Of a stretch of DNA of 64,000 nt, positions 23,611-35,600 are shown piece by piece. This DNA comes from Eledone cirrhosa (lineage: Eukaryota). The stretch is from contig OZ024740.1 in the NCBI GenBank assembly GCA_964016885.1, positions 4,526,001 through 4,590,000 on the forward strand, read 5' to 3'. The notes under the pieces are model-generated. The model worked only from the letters and a program-made list of their open reading frames with translations. It did no database searches and was not told the DNA's origin. The translations under genes were made by a program, and so were the position numbers. How positions within the stretch are numbered: the stretch's first letter is position 1; every line of letters begins with the position of its first letter.

Positions 23611-26600
23611 ACTAGAGGGAACAGAGCTTGTTGTGTGGGTTAGATTGTTTCACTAGAGGGAACAGACCTGGTTGAGTGGGTTAGAAGGTTTCACTAGACG
23701 CAACAGAGCTGGTTGTGTGGGTTAGAAGGTTTCACTAGAGGGAGCAGAGCTTGTTGTGTGGGTTAGAAGGTTTCACTAGAGGGAACAGAGCTTGTTGTGT
23801 GGGTTAGAAGGTTTCACTAGAGGGAGCAGAGCTTGTTGTGTGGGTTAGAAGGTTTCAATAGAGAGAACAGAGGTGGTAGTGTGGGTTAGAAGGTTTCACT
23901 AGAGGGAGCAGAGCTTGTTGTGTGGGTTAGAAGGTTTCACTAGAGGGAACAGAGCTGGTTGTGTGGGTTAGAAGGTTTCACTAGAGGGAGCAGAGCTTGT
24001 TGTGTGGGTTAGAAGGATTCAATAGAGAGAACAGAGCTGGTTGTGTGGGTTAGAATGTTTCACTGGAGGGAGCAGAGCTCGTTGTGTGGGTTAGAAGGTT
24101 TCAATAGAGAGAACAGAGCTGGTGGTGTGGGTTAGAAGGTTTCAGTAGAGGGAGCAGAGCTTGTTGTGTGAGTTAGAAGGTTTCAATAGAGAGAGCAGAG
24201 CTGGTGGTGTGGGTTAGAAGGTTTCACTAGAGGGAGCAGAGCTTGTTGTGTGGGTTAGAAGGTTTCAATAGAGAGAACAGAGCTGGTTGTCTGGGTTAGA
24301 AGGTTTCACTAGAGGGAACAGAGCTGGTTGTGTGGGTTAGAAGGTTTCACTAGAGGGAGCAGAGCTTGCTGTGTGGGTTAGAAGGTTTCACTAGAGGGAC
24401 AAGAGCTGGCTGTGTGGGTTGGAAGGTTTCACTAGAGGGAATAGAGCTGGTTGTGTGGGTTAGAAGGTTTCACTAGAAGGAGCAGAGCTCGTTGTGTGGG
24501 TTGGAAGGTTTCACTAGAGGGAACAGAGCTGGTTGTGTGGGTTAGAAGGTTTCACTAGTGGGAGCAGAGCTGGTTGTGTGGGTTGGAAGGTTTCACTAGA
24601 GGGAATAGAGTTGGTTGTGGGGGTTAGAAGGTTTCACTAGAGGGAGCAGAGCTTGTTGTGTGGGTTAGAAGGTTTCACAAGAGGGACAAGAGCTGGTTGT
24701 GTGTGTTGGAAGGTTTCACTAGAGGGATTAGAGCTGGTTGTGTGGGTTAGAAGGTTTCACTAGAAGGAGCAGAGCTGGTTGTGTGGGTTGGAAGGTTTCA
24801 CTAGAGGGAACAGAGCTGGTTGTGTGGGTTGGAAGGTTTTACTAGAGGGAATAGAGCTGGTTGTGTGGGTTAGAAGGTTTCACTAGAAGGAACAGAGCTG
24901 GTGGTGTGGGTTAGAAGGTTTCACTAGAGGGTGCAGAGCTGGTTGTATGGGTTAGAAGTTTTCACTAGAGGGAGCAGAGCTTGTTGTGTGGGTTAGAAGG
25001 TTTCACTAGAGGGAGCAGAGCTTGTTGTGTGGGTTAGAAGGTTTCAATAGAGAGAACAGAGGTGGTAGTGTGGGTTAGAAGGTTTCACTAGAGGGAGCAG
25101 AGCTTGTTGTGTGGGTTAGAAGGTTTCACTAGAGGGAACAGAGCTGGTTGTGTGGGTTAGAAGGTTTCACCAGAGGGAACAGAGCTGGTTGTGTGGGTTA
25201 GAAGGTTTCACTAGAGGGAACAGTGCTGGTATTGTGGGTTAGAAAGTTTAACTAGAGGGAGCAGAGCTTGTTGTGTGGTTTAGAAAGTTTCACTAGATGG
25301 AGCAGAGCTTGTTGTGTGGGTTAGAAGGTTTCACTAGAGGGAACAGAGCTTGTTGTGTGGATTAGATTGTTTCATTAGAGGGAACAGACCTGGTTGAGTG
25401 GGTTAGAAGGTTTCACTAGACGCAACATAGCTGGTTGTGTGGGTTAGAAGGTTTCACTAGAGGGAGCAGAGCTTGTTGTGTGGGTTAGAAGGTTTCACTA
25501 GAGGGAACAGAGCTGGTTGTGTGGGTTAGAAGGTTTCACTAGAGGGAACAGAGCTGGTTGTGTGGGTTAGAAGGTTTCACTAGAGGGAACAGAGCTGGTT
25601 GTGTGGGTTAGAAGGTTTCACTAGAGGGAGCAGAGCTTGTTGTGTGGGTTAGAAGGTTTCAATAGAGAGAACAGAGCTGGTTGTGTTGGTTAGAAGGTTT
25701 CACTAGAGGGAACAGAGCTGGTTGTGTGGGTTAGAAGGTTTCAATAGAGAGAACAGAGCTGGTGGTGTGGGTTAGAAGGTTTCACTAGAGGGAGCAGAGC
25801 TTGTTGTGTGGGTTAGAAGGTTTCAATGGAGAGAACAGAGCTGGTTGTGTGGGTTAGAAGGTTTCACTAGAGGGAACAGAGCTGGTTGTGTGGGTTAGAA
25901 AGTTTCACTAGAGGGAGCAGAGCTTGTTGTGTGGGTTAGAAGGTTTCACTAGAGGGACAAGAGCTGGGTGTGTGGGTTGGAAGGTTTCACTAGAGGGAAT
26001 AGAGCTGGTTGTGTGGGTTAGAAGGTTTCACTAGAAGGAGCACAGCTGGTTGTGTGGGTTGGAAGGTTTCACTAGAGGGAACAGAGCTGGTTGTGTGGGT
26101 TAGAAGGTTTCACTAGAGGGAGCAGACCTGGTTGTGTGGGTTGGAAGGTTTCACTAGAGGGAATAGAGCTGGTTGTGGGGGTTAGAAGGTTCCACTAGAG
26201 GGAGCAGAGCTTGTGTGGGTTAGAAGGTTTCACTAGAGGGACAAGAGCTGGTTGTGTGGGTTGGAAGGTTTCACTAGAGGGAATAGAGCTGGTTGTGTGG
26301 GTTAGAAGGTTTCACTAGAAGGAGCAGAGCTGGTTGTGTGGGTTGGAAGGTTTCACTAGAGGGAACAGAGCTGGTGGTGTGGGTTAGAAGGTTTCACTAG
26401 AGGGAGCAGAGCTAGTTGTATGGGTTAGAAGTTTTCACTAGAGGGAATAGAGCTGGTTGTGTGGGTTAGAAGGTTTCACTAGAGGGAACAGAGCTTGTTG
26501 TGTGGGTTAGAAGGTTTCAATAGAGAGAACAGAGGTGGTAGTGTGGGTTAGAAGGTTTCACTAGAGGGAGCAGAGCTTGTTGTGTGGGTTAGAAGGTTTC

Positions 26601-29600
26601 ACTAGAGAGAACAGAGCTGGTTGTGTGGGTTAGAAGGTTTCACCAGAGGCAACAGAGCTGGTTGTGTGGGTTAGAAGGTTTCACTAGAGGGAACAGTGCT
26701 GGTATTGTGGGTTAGAAAGTTTCACTAGAGGGAGCAGAGCTTGTTGTGTGGTTTAGAAAGTTTCACTAGAGGGAGCAGAGATTGTTGTGTGGATTAGAAG
26801 GTTTCACTAGAGGGAACAGAGCTTGTTGTGTGGGTTAGATTGTTTCACTAGAGGGAACAGACCTGGTTGAGTGGGTTAGAAGGTTTCACTAGACGCAACA
26901 GAGCTGGTTGTGTGGGTTAGAAGTTTTCACTAGAGGGAGCAGAGCTTGTTGTGTGGTTTAGAAAGTTTCACTCGATGGAGCAGAGCTTGTTGTGTGGGTT
27001 AGAAGGTTTCACTAGAGGGAACAGAGCTTGTTGTGTGGGTTAGATTGTTTCACTAGAGGGAACAGACCTGGTTGAGTGGGTTAGAAGGTTTCACTAGACG
27101 CAACAGAGCTGGTTGTGTGGGTTAGAAGGTTTCACTAGAGGGAGCAGAGCTTGTTGTGTGGGTTAGATGGTTTCACTAGAGGGAACAGAGCTGGTTGTGT
27201 GGGTTAGAAGGTTTCACTAGAGGCAACAGAGCTGGTTGTGTGGGTTAGAAGGTTTCACTAGAGGGAACAGAGCTGGTTGTGTGGGTTAGAAGGTTTCACT
27301 AGAGGGAGCAGAGCTTGTTGTGTGGGTTAGAAGGTTTCAATAGAGAGAACAGAGCTGGTTGTGTTGGTTAGAAGGTTTCACTAGAGGGAACAGAGCTGGT
27401 TGTGTGGGTTAGAAGGTTTCAATAGAGAGAACAGAGCTGGTGGTGTGGGTTAGAAGGTTTCACTAGAGGGAGCAGAGCTTGTTGTGTGGGTTAGAAGGTT
27501 TCAATAGAGAGAACAGAGCTGGTGGTGTGGGTTAGAAGGTTTCACTAGAGGGAGCAGAGCTTGTTGTGTGGGTTAGAAGGTTTCAATGGAGAGAACAGAG
27601 CTGGTTGTGTGGGGTAGAAGGTTTCACTAGAGGGAACAGAGCTGGTTGTGTGGGTTAGAAGGTTTCACTAGAGGGAGCAGAGCTTGTTGTGTGGGTTAGA
27701 AGGTTTCACTAGAGGGACAAGAGCTGGTTGTGTGGGTTGGAAGGTTTCACTAGAGGGAATAGAGCTGGTTGTGTGGGTTAGAAGGTTTCACTAGAAGGAG
27801 CACAGCTGGTTGTGTGGGTTGGAAGGTTTCACTAGAGGGAACAGAGCTGGTTGTGTGGGTTAGAAGTTTCACAAGAGGGAGCAGAGCTGGTTGTGTGGGT
27901 TGGAAGCTTTCACTAGAGGAAATAGAGCTGGTTGTGGGGGTTAGAAGGTTCCACTAGAGGGAGCAGAGCATGTGTGGGTTAGAAGGTTTCACTAGAGGGA
28001 CAAGAGCTGGTTGTGTGGGTTGGAAGGTTTCACTAGAGGGAATAGAGCTGGTTGTGTGGGTTAGAAGGTTTCACTAGAAGGAGCAGAGCTGGTTGTGTGG
28101 GTTGGAAGGTTTCAATAAAGGGAACAGAGCTGGTTGTGTGGGTTAGAAGGTTTCACTAGAGGGAGCAGAGCTTGTTGTGTGGGTTAGAAGGTTTCAATAG
28201 AGAGAACAGAGCTGGTTGTGTTGGTTAGAAGGTTTCACTAGAGGGAACAGAGCTGGTTGTGTGGGTTAGAAGGTTTCAATAGAGAGAACAGAGCTGGTGG
28301 TGTGGGTTAGAAGGTTTCACTAGAGGGAGCAGAGCTTGTTGTGTGGGTTAGAAGGTTTCAATGGAGAGAACAGAGCTGGTTGTGTGGGTTAGAAGGTTTC
28401 ACTAGAGGGAACAGAGCTGGTTGTGTGGGTTAGAAAGTTTCACTAGAGGGAGCAGAGCTTGTTGTGTGGGTTAGAAGGTTTCACTAGAGGGACAAGAGCT
28501 GGGTGTGTGGGTTGGAAGGTTTCACTAGAGGGAATAGAGCTGGTTGTGTGGGTTAGAAGGTTTCACTAGAAGGAGCACAGCTGGTTGTGTGGGTTGGAAG
28601 GTTTCACTAGAGGGAACAGAGCTGGTTGTGTGGGTTAGAAGGTTTCACTAGAGGGAGCAGACCTGGTTGTGTGGGTTGGAAGGTTTCACTAGAGGGAATA
28701 GAGCTGGTTGTGGGGGTTAGAAGGTTCCACTAGAGGGAGCAGAGCTTGTGTGGGTTAGAAGGTTTCACTAGAGGGACAAGAGCTGGTTGTGTGGGTTGGA
28801 AGGTTTCACTAGAGGGAATAGAGCTGGTTGTGTGGGTTAGAAGGTTTCACTAGAAGGAGCAGAGCTGGTTGTGTGGGTTGGAAGGTTTCACTAGAGGGAA
28901 CAGAGCTGGTGGTGTGGGTTAGAAGGTTTCACTAGAGGGAGCAGAGCTAGTTGTATGGGTTAGAAGTTTTCACTAGAGGGAATAGAGCTGGTTGTGTGGG
29001 TTAGAAGGTTTCACTAGAGGGAACAGAGCTTGTTGTGTGGGTTAGAAGGTTTCAATAGAGAGAACAGAGGTGGTAGTGTGGGTTAGAAGGTTTCACTAGA
29101 GGGAGCAGAGCTTGTTGTGTGGGTTAGAAGGTTTCACTAGAGAGAACAGAGCTGGTTGTGTGGGTTAGAAGGTTTCACCAGAGGCAACAGAGCTGGTTGT
29201 GTGGGTTAGAAGGTTTCACTAGAGGGAACAGTGCTGGTATTGTGGGTTAGAAAGTTTCACTAGAGGGAGCAGAGCTTGTTGTGTGGTTTAGAAAGTTTCA
29301 CTAGAGGGAGCAGAGATTGTTGTGTGGATTAGAAGGTTTCACTAGAGGGAACAGAGCTTGTTGTGTGGGTTAGATTGTTTCACTAGAGGGAACAGACCTG
29401 GTTGAGTGGGTTAGAAGGTTTCACTAGACGCAACAGAGCTGGTTGTGTGGGTTAGAAGTTTTCACTAGAGGGAGCAGAGCTTGTTGTGTGGTTTAGAAAG
29501 TTTCACTCGATGGAGCAGAGCTTGTTGTGTGGGTTAGAAGGTTTCACTAGAGGGAACAGAGCTTGTTGTGTGGGTTAGATTGTTTCACTAGAGGGAACAG

Positions 29601-32600
29601 ACCTGGTTGAGTGGGTTAGAAGGTTTCACTAGACGCAACAGAGCTGGTTGTGTGGGTTAGAAGGTTTCACTAGAGGGAGCAGAGCTTGTTGTGTGGGTTA
29701 GATGGTTTCACTAGAGGGAACAGAGCTGGTTGTGTGGGTTAGAAGGTTTCACTAGAGGCAACAGAGCTGGTTGTGTGGGTTAGAAGGTTTCACTAGAGGG
29801 AACAGAGCTGGTTGTGTGGGTTAGAAGGTTTCACTAGAGGGAGCAGAGCTTGTTGTGTGGGTTAGAAGGTTTCAATAGAGAGAACAGAGCTGGTTGTGTT
29901 GGTTAGAAGGTTTCACTAGAGGGAACAGAGCTGGTTGTGTGGGTTAGAAGGTTTCAATAGAGAGAACAGAGCTGGTGGTGTGGGTTAGAAGGTTTCACTA
30001 GAGGGAGCAGAGCTTGTTGTGTGGGTTAGAAGGTTTCAATAGAGAGAACAGAGCTGGTGGTGTGGGTTAGAAGGTTTCACTAGAGGGAGCAGAGCTTGTT
30101 GTGTGGGTTAGAAGGTTTCAATGGAGAGAACAGAGCTGGTTGTGTGGGGTAGAAGGTTTCACTAGAGGGAACAGAGCTGGTTGTGTGGGTTAGAAGGTTT
30201 CACTAGAGGGAGCAGAGCTTGTTGTGTGGGTTAGAAGGTTTCACTAGAGGGACAAGAGCTGGTTGTGTGGGTTGGAAGGTTTCACTAGAGGGAATAGAGC
30301 TGGTTGTGTGGGTTAGAAGGTTTCACTAGAAGGAGCACAGCTGGTTGTGTGGGTTGGAAGGTTTCACTAGAGGGAACAGAGCTGGTTGTGGGGGTTAGAA
30401 GGTTCCACTAGAGGGAGCAGAGCATGTGTGGGTTAGAAGGTTTCACTAGAGGGACAAGAGCTGGTTGTGTGGGTTGGAAGGTTTCACTAGAGGGAATAGA
30501 GCTGGTTGTGTGGGTTAGAAGGTTTCACTAGAAGGAGCAGAGCTGGTTGTGTGGGTTGGAAGGTTTCAATAAAGGGAACAGAGCTGGTTGTGTAGGTTAG
30601 AAGGTTTCACTAGAGGGAGCAGACCTGGTTGTGTGGGTTGGAAGGTTTCACTAGAGGGAATAGAGCTGGTTGTGTGGGTTAGAAGGTTTCACTAGAGGGA
30701 ACAGAGCTGGTGGTGTGGGTTAGAAGGTTTCACTAGAGGGAGCAGAGCTTGTTGTGTGGGTTAGAAGGTTTCACTAGAGGGAACCGAGCTTGTTGTGTGG
30801 GTTAGAAGGTTTCACTAGAGGGAGCAGAGCTTGTTGTGTGGGTTAGAAGGTTTCAATAGAGAGAACAGAGGTGGTAGTGTGGGTTAGAAGGTTTCACTAG
30901 AGGGAACAGAGCTTGTTGTGTGGGTTAGAAGGTTTCACTAGAGGTAACAGAGCTGGTTGTGTGGGTTAGAAGGTTTCACCAGAGGGAACAGAGCTGGTTG
31001 TGTGGGTTAGAAGGTTTCACCAGAGGGAACAGAGCTGGTTGTGTGGGTTAGAAAGTTTCACTAGAGGGAGCAGAGCTTGTTGTGTGGGTTAGAAGGTTTC
31101 ACTAGAGGGACAAGAGCTGGGTGTGTGGGTTGGAAGGTTTCACTAGAGGGAATAGAGCTGGTTGTGTGGGTTAGAAGGTTTCACTAGAAGGAGCACAGCT
31201 GGATTGTGTGGGTTGGAAGGTTTCACTAGAGGGAACAGAGCTGGTTGTGTGGGTTAGAAGGTTTCACTAGAGGGAGCAGACCTGGTTGTGTGGGTTGGAA
31301 GGTTTCACTAGAGGGAATAGAGCTGGTTGTGGGGGTTAGAAGGTTCCACTAGAGGGAGCAGAGCTTGTGTGGGTTAGAAGGTTTCACTAGAGGGACAAGA
31401 GCTGGTTGTGTGGGTTGGAAGGTTTCACTAGAGGGAATAGAGCTGGTTGTGTGGGTTAGAAGGTTTCACTAGAAGGAGCAGAGCTGGTTGTGTGGGTTGG
31501 AAGGTTTCACTAGAGGGAACAGAGCTGGTGGTGTGGGTTAGAAGGTTTCACTAGAGGGAGCAGAGCTAGTTGTATGGGTTAGAAGTTTTCACTAGAGGGA
31601 ATAGAGCTGGTTGTGTGGGTTAGAAGGTTTCACTAGAGGGAACAGAGCTTGTTGTGTGGGTTAGAAGGTTTCAATAGAGAGAACAGAGGTGGTAGTGTGG
31701 GTTAGAAGGTTTCACTAGAGGGAGCAGAGCTTGTTGTGTGGGTTAGAAGGTTTCACTAGAGAGAACAGAGCTGGTTGTGTGGGTTAGAAGGTTTCACCAG
31801 AGGCAACAGAGCTGGTTGTGTGGGTTAGAAGGTTTCACTAGAGGGAACAGTGCTGGTATTGTGGGTTAGAAAGTTTCACTAGAGGGAGCAGAGCTTGTTG
31901 TGTGGTTTAGAAAGTTTCACTAGAGGGAGCAGAGATTGTTGTGTGGATTAGAAGGTTTCACTAGAGGGAACAGAGCTTGTTGTGTGGGTTAGATTGTTTC
32001 ACTAGAGGGAACAGACCTGGTTGAGTGGGTTAGAAGGTTTCACTAGACGCAACAGAGCTGGTTGTGTGGGTTAGAAGTTTTCACTAGAGGGAGCAGAGCT
32101 TGTTGTGTGGTTTAGAAAGTTTCACTCGATGGAGCAGAGCTTGTTGTGTGGGTTAGAAGGTTTCACTAGAGGGAACAGAGCTTGTTGTGTGGGTTAGATT
32201 GTTTCACTAGAGAGAACAGACCTGGTTGAGTGGGTTAGAAGGTTTCACTAGACGCAACAGAGCTGGTTGTGTGGGTTAGAAGGTTTCACTAGAGGGAGCA
32301 GAGCTTGTTGTGTGGGTTAGATGGTTTCACTAGAGGGAACAGAGCTGGTTGTGTGGGTTAGAAGGTTTCACTAGAGGCAACAGAGCTGGTTGTGTGGGTT
32401 AGAAGGTTTCACTAGAGGGAACAGAGCTGGTTGTGTGGGTTAGAAGGTTTCACTAGAGGGAGCAGAGCTTGTTGTGTGGGTTAGAAGGTTTCAATAGAGA
32501 GAACAGAGCTGGTTGTGTTGGTTAGAAGGTTTCACTAGAGGGAACAGAGCTGGTTGTGTGGGTTAGAAGGTTTCAATAGAGAGAACAGAGCTGGTGGTGT

Positions 32601-35600
32601 GGGTTAGAAGGTTTCACTAGAGGGAGCAGAGCTTGTTGTGTGGGTTAGAAGGTTTCAATAGAGAGAACAGAGCTGGTGGTGTGGGTTAGAAGGTTTCACT
32701 AGAGGGAGCAGAGCTTGTTGTGTGGGTTAGAAGGTTTCAATGGAGAGAACAGAGCTGGTTGTGTGGGGTAGAAGGTTTCACTAGAGGGAACAGAGCTGGT
32801 TGTGTGGGTTAGAAGGTTTCACTAGAGGGAGCAGAGCTTGTTGTGTGGGTTAGAAGGTTTCACTAGAGGGACAAGAGCTGGTTGTGTGGGTTGGAAGGTT
32901 TCACTAGAGGGAATAGAGCTGGTTGTGTGGGTTAGAAGGTTTCACTAGAAGGAGCACAGCTGGTTGTGTGGGTTGGAAGGTTTCACTAGAGGGAACAGAG
33001 CTGGTTGTGTGGGTTAGAAGTTTCACAAGAGGGAGCAGAGCTGGTTGTGTGGGTTGGAAGCTTTCACTAGAGGAAATAGAGCTGGTTGTGGGGGTTAGAA
33101 GGTTCCACTAGAGGGAGCAGAGCATGTGTGGGTTAGAAGGTTTCACTAGAGGGACAAGAGCTGGTTGTGTGGGTTGGAAGGTTTCACTAGAGGGAATAGA
33201 GCTGGTTGTGTGGGTTAGAAGGTTTCACTAGAAGGAGCAGAGCTGGTTGTGTGGGTTGGAAGGTTTCAATAAAGGGAACAGAGCTGGTTGTGTAGGTTAG
33301 AAGGTTTCACTAGAGGGAGCAGACCTGGTTGTGTGGGTTGGAAGGTTTCACTAGAGGGAATAGAGCTGGTTGTGTGGGTTAGAAGGTTTCACTAGAGGGA
33401 ACAGAGCTGGTGGTGTGGGTTAGAAGGTTTCACTAGAGGGAGCAGAGCTTGTTGTGTGGGTTAGAAGGTTTCACTAGAGGGAACCGAGCTTGTTGTGTGG
33501 GTTAGAAGGTTTCACTAGAGGGAGCAGAGCTTGTTGTGTGGGTTAGAAGGTTTCAATAGAGAGAACAGAGGTGGTAGTGTGGGTTAGAAGGTTTCACTAG
33601 AGGGAACAGAGCTTGTTGTGTGGGTTAGAAGGTTTCACTAGAGGTAACAGAGCTGGTTGTGTGGGTTAGAAGGTTTCACCAGAGGGAACAGAGCTGGTTG
33701 TGTGGGTTAGAAGGTTTCACCAGAGGGAACAGAGCTTGTTGTGTGGTTTAGAAAGTTTCACTAGATGGAGCAGAGCTTGTTGTGTGGGTTAGAAGGTTTC
33801 ACTAGAGGGAACAGAGCTTGTTGTGTGGGTTAGATTGTTTCACTAGAGGGAACAGACCTGGTTGAGTGAGTTAGAAGGTTTCACTAGAGGGAGCAGAGCT
33901 CGTTGTGTGGGTTAGAAGGTTTCACTAGAGGGAACAGAGCTGGTTGTGTGGGTTAGAAGGTTTCACTAGAGGGTGCGGAGCTTGTTGTGTGGGTTAGAAA
34001 GTTTCACTAGAGGGAACAGAACTGGTTGTGTGGGTTAGAAGGTTTCACTAGAGGGAGCAGAGCTTGTTGTGTGGGTTAGAAGGTTTCAATAGAGAGAACA
34101 GAGCTGGTTGTGTGGGTTAGAAGGTTTCACTAGAGGGAGCAGAGCTTGTTGTGTGGGTTAGAAGGTTTCAATAGCGAGAACAGAGCTGGTTGTGTGGGTT
34201 AGAAGGTTTCACTAGAGGGAACAGGGCTGATCGTGTGGGTTAGAAGGTTTCACTAGAGGGAGCAGAGCTTGTTGTGTGGGTTAGAAGGTTTCACTAGAGG
34301 GACAAGAGCTGGTTGTGTGGGTTGGAAGGTTTCACTAGAAGGAGCAGAGCTGGTTGTGTGGGTTAGAAGGTTTCACTAGAAGGAGCAGAGCTGGTTGTGT
34401 GGGTTGGAAGGTTTCACTAGAGGGAGCAGAGCTTGTTGTGTGGGTTTGAATGTTTCACTAGAGGGACAAGAGCTGGATGTGTGGGTTGGAAGGTTTCACT
34501 AGAGAGAACAGAGCTGGTTGTGTGGGTTAGAAGGTTTCACTAGAAGGAGCAGAGCTGGTTGTGTGGGTTAGAAGGTTTCACTAGAAGGAGCAGAGCTGGT
34601 TGTGTGGGTTAGAAGGTTTCACTAGAGGGAGCAGAGCTTGTTGTGTGGGTTAGAAGGTTTCACTAGAGGGACAAGAGCTGGTTGTGTGGGTTGGAAGGTT
34701 TCACCAGAAGGAGCAGAGCTGGTTGTGTGGGTTGGAAGGTTTCACTAGAGGGAACAGAGCTGGTTGTGTGGGTTAGAAGGTTTCACAAGAGGGAGCAGAG
34801 CTGGTTGTGTGGGTTGGAAGCTTTCACTAGAGGAAATAGAGCTGGTTGTGGGGGTTAGAAGGTTCCACTAGAGGGAGCAGAGCTTGTGTGGGTTAGAAGG
34901 TTTCACTAGAGGGACAAGAGCTGGTTGTGTGGGTTGGAAGGTTTCACTAGAGGGAATAGAGCTGGTTGTGTGGGTTAGAAGGTTTCACTAGAAGGAGCAG
35001 AGCTGGTTGTGTGGGTTGGAAGGTTTCAATAAAGGGAACAGAGCTGGTTGTGTAGGTTAGAAGGTTTCACTAGAGGGAGCAGACCTGGTTGTGTGGGTTG
35101 GAAGGTTTCACTAGAGGGAATAGAGCTGGTTGTGTGGGTTAGAAGGTTTCACTAGAGGGAACAGAGCTGGTGGTGTGGGTTAGAAGGTTTCACTAGAGGG
35201 AGCAGAGCTTGTTGTGTGGGTTAGAAGGTTTCACTAGAGGGAACAGAGCTTGTTGTGTGGGTTAGAAGGTTTCACTAGAGGGAGCAGAGCTTGTTGTGTG
35301 GGTTAGAAGGTTTCAATAGAGAGAACAGAGGTGGTAGTGTGGGTTAGAAGGTTTCACTAGAGGGAGCAGAGCTTGTTGTGTGGGTTAGAAGGTTTCACTA
35401 GAGGTAACAGAGCTGGTTGTGTGGGTTAGAAGGTTTCACCAGAGGGAACAGAGCTGGTTGTGTGGGTTAGAAGGTTTCACTAGAGGGAACAGTGCTGGTA
35501 TTGTGGGTTAGAAAGTTTAACTAGAGGGAGCAGAGCTTGTTGTGTGGTTTAGAAAGTTTCACTAGATGGAGCAGAGCTTGTTGTGTGGGTTAGAAAGTTT

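Noticed and set aside
23611-23700. Satellite monomer as a hammerhead ribozyme repeat or an RTE 3' UTR derivative
   Set aside because: GAAAC is present on the minus strand but there is no CUGANGA; similarity to the RTE motif TGGTTGGTGTTAGGAAGGG is too short to support.
27769-33111. Two identical 62-aa ORFs inside the satellite
   Set aside because: Chance stop-free runs copied by higher-order duplication; useful only as markers.
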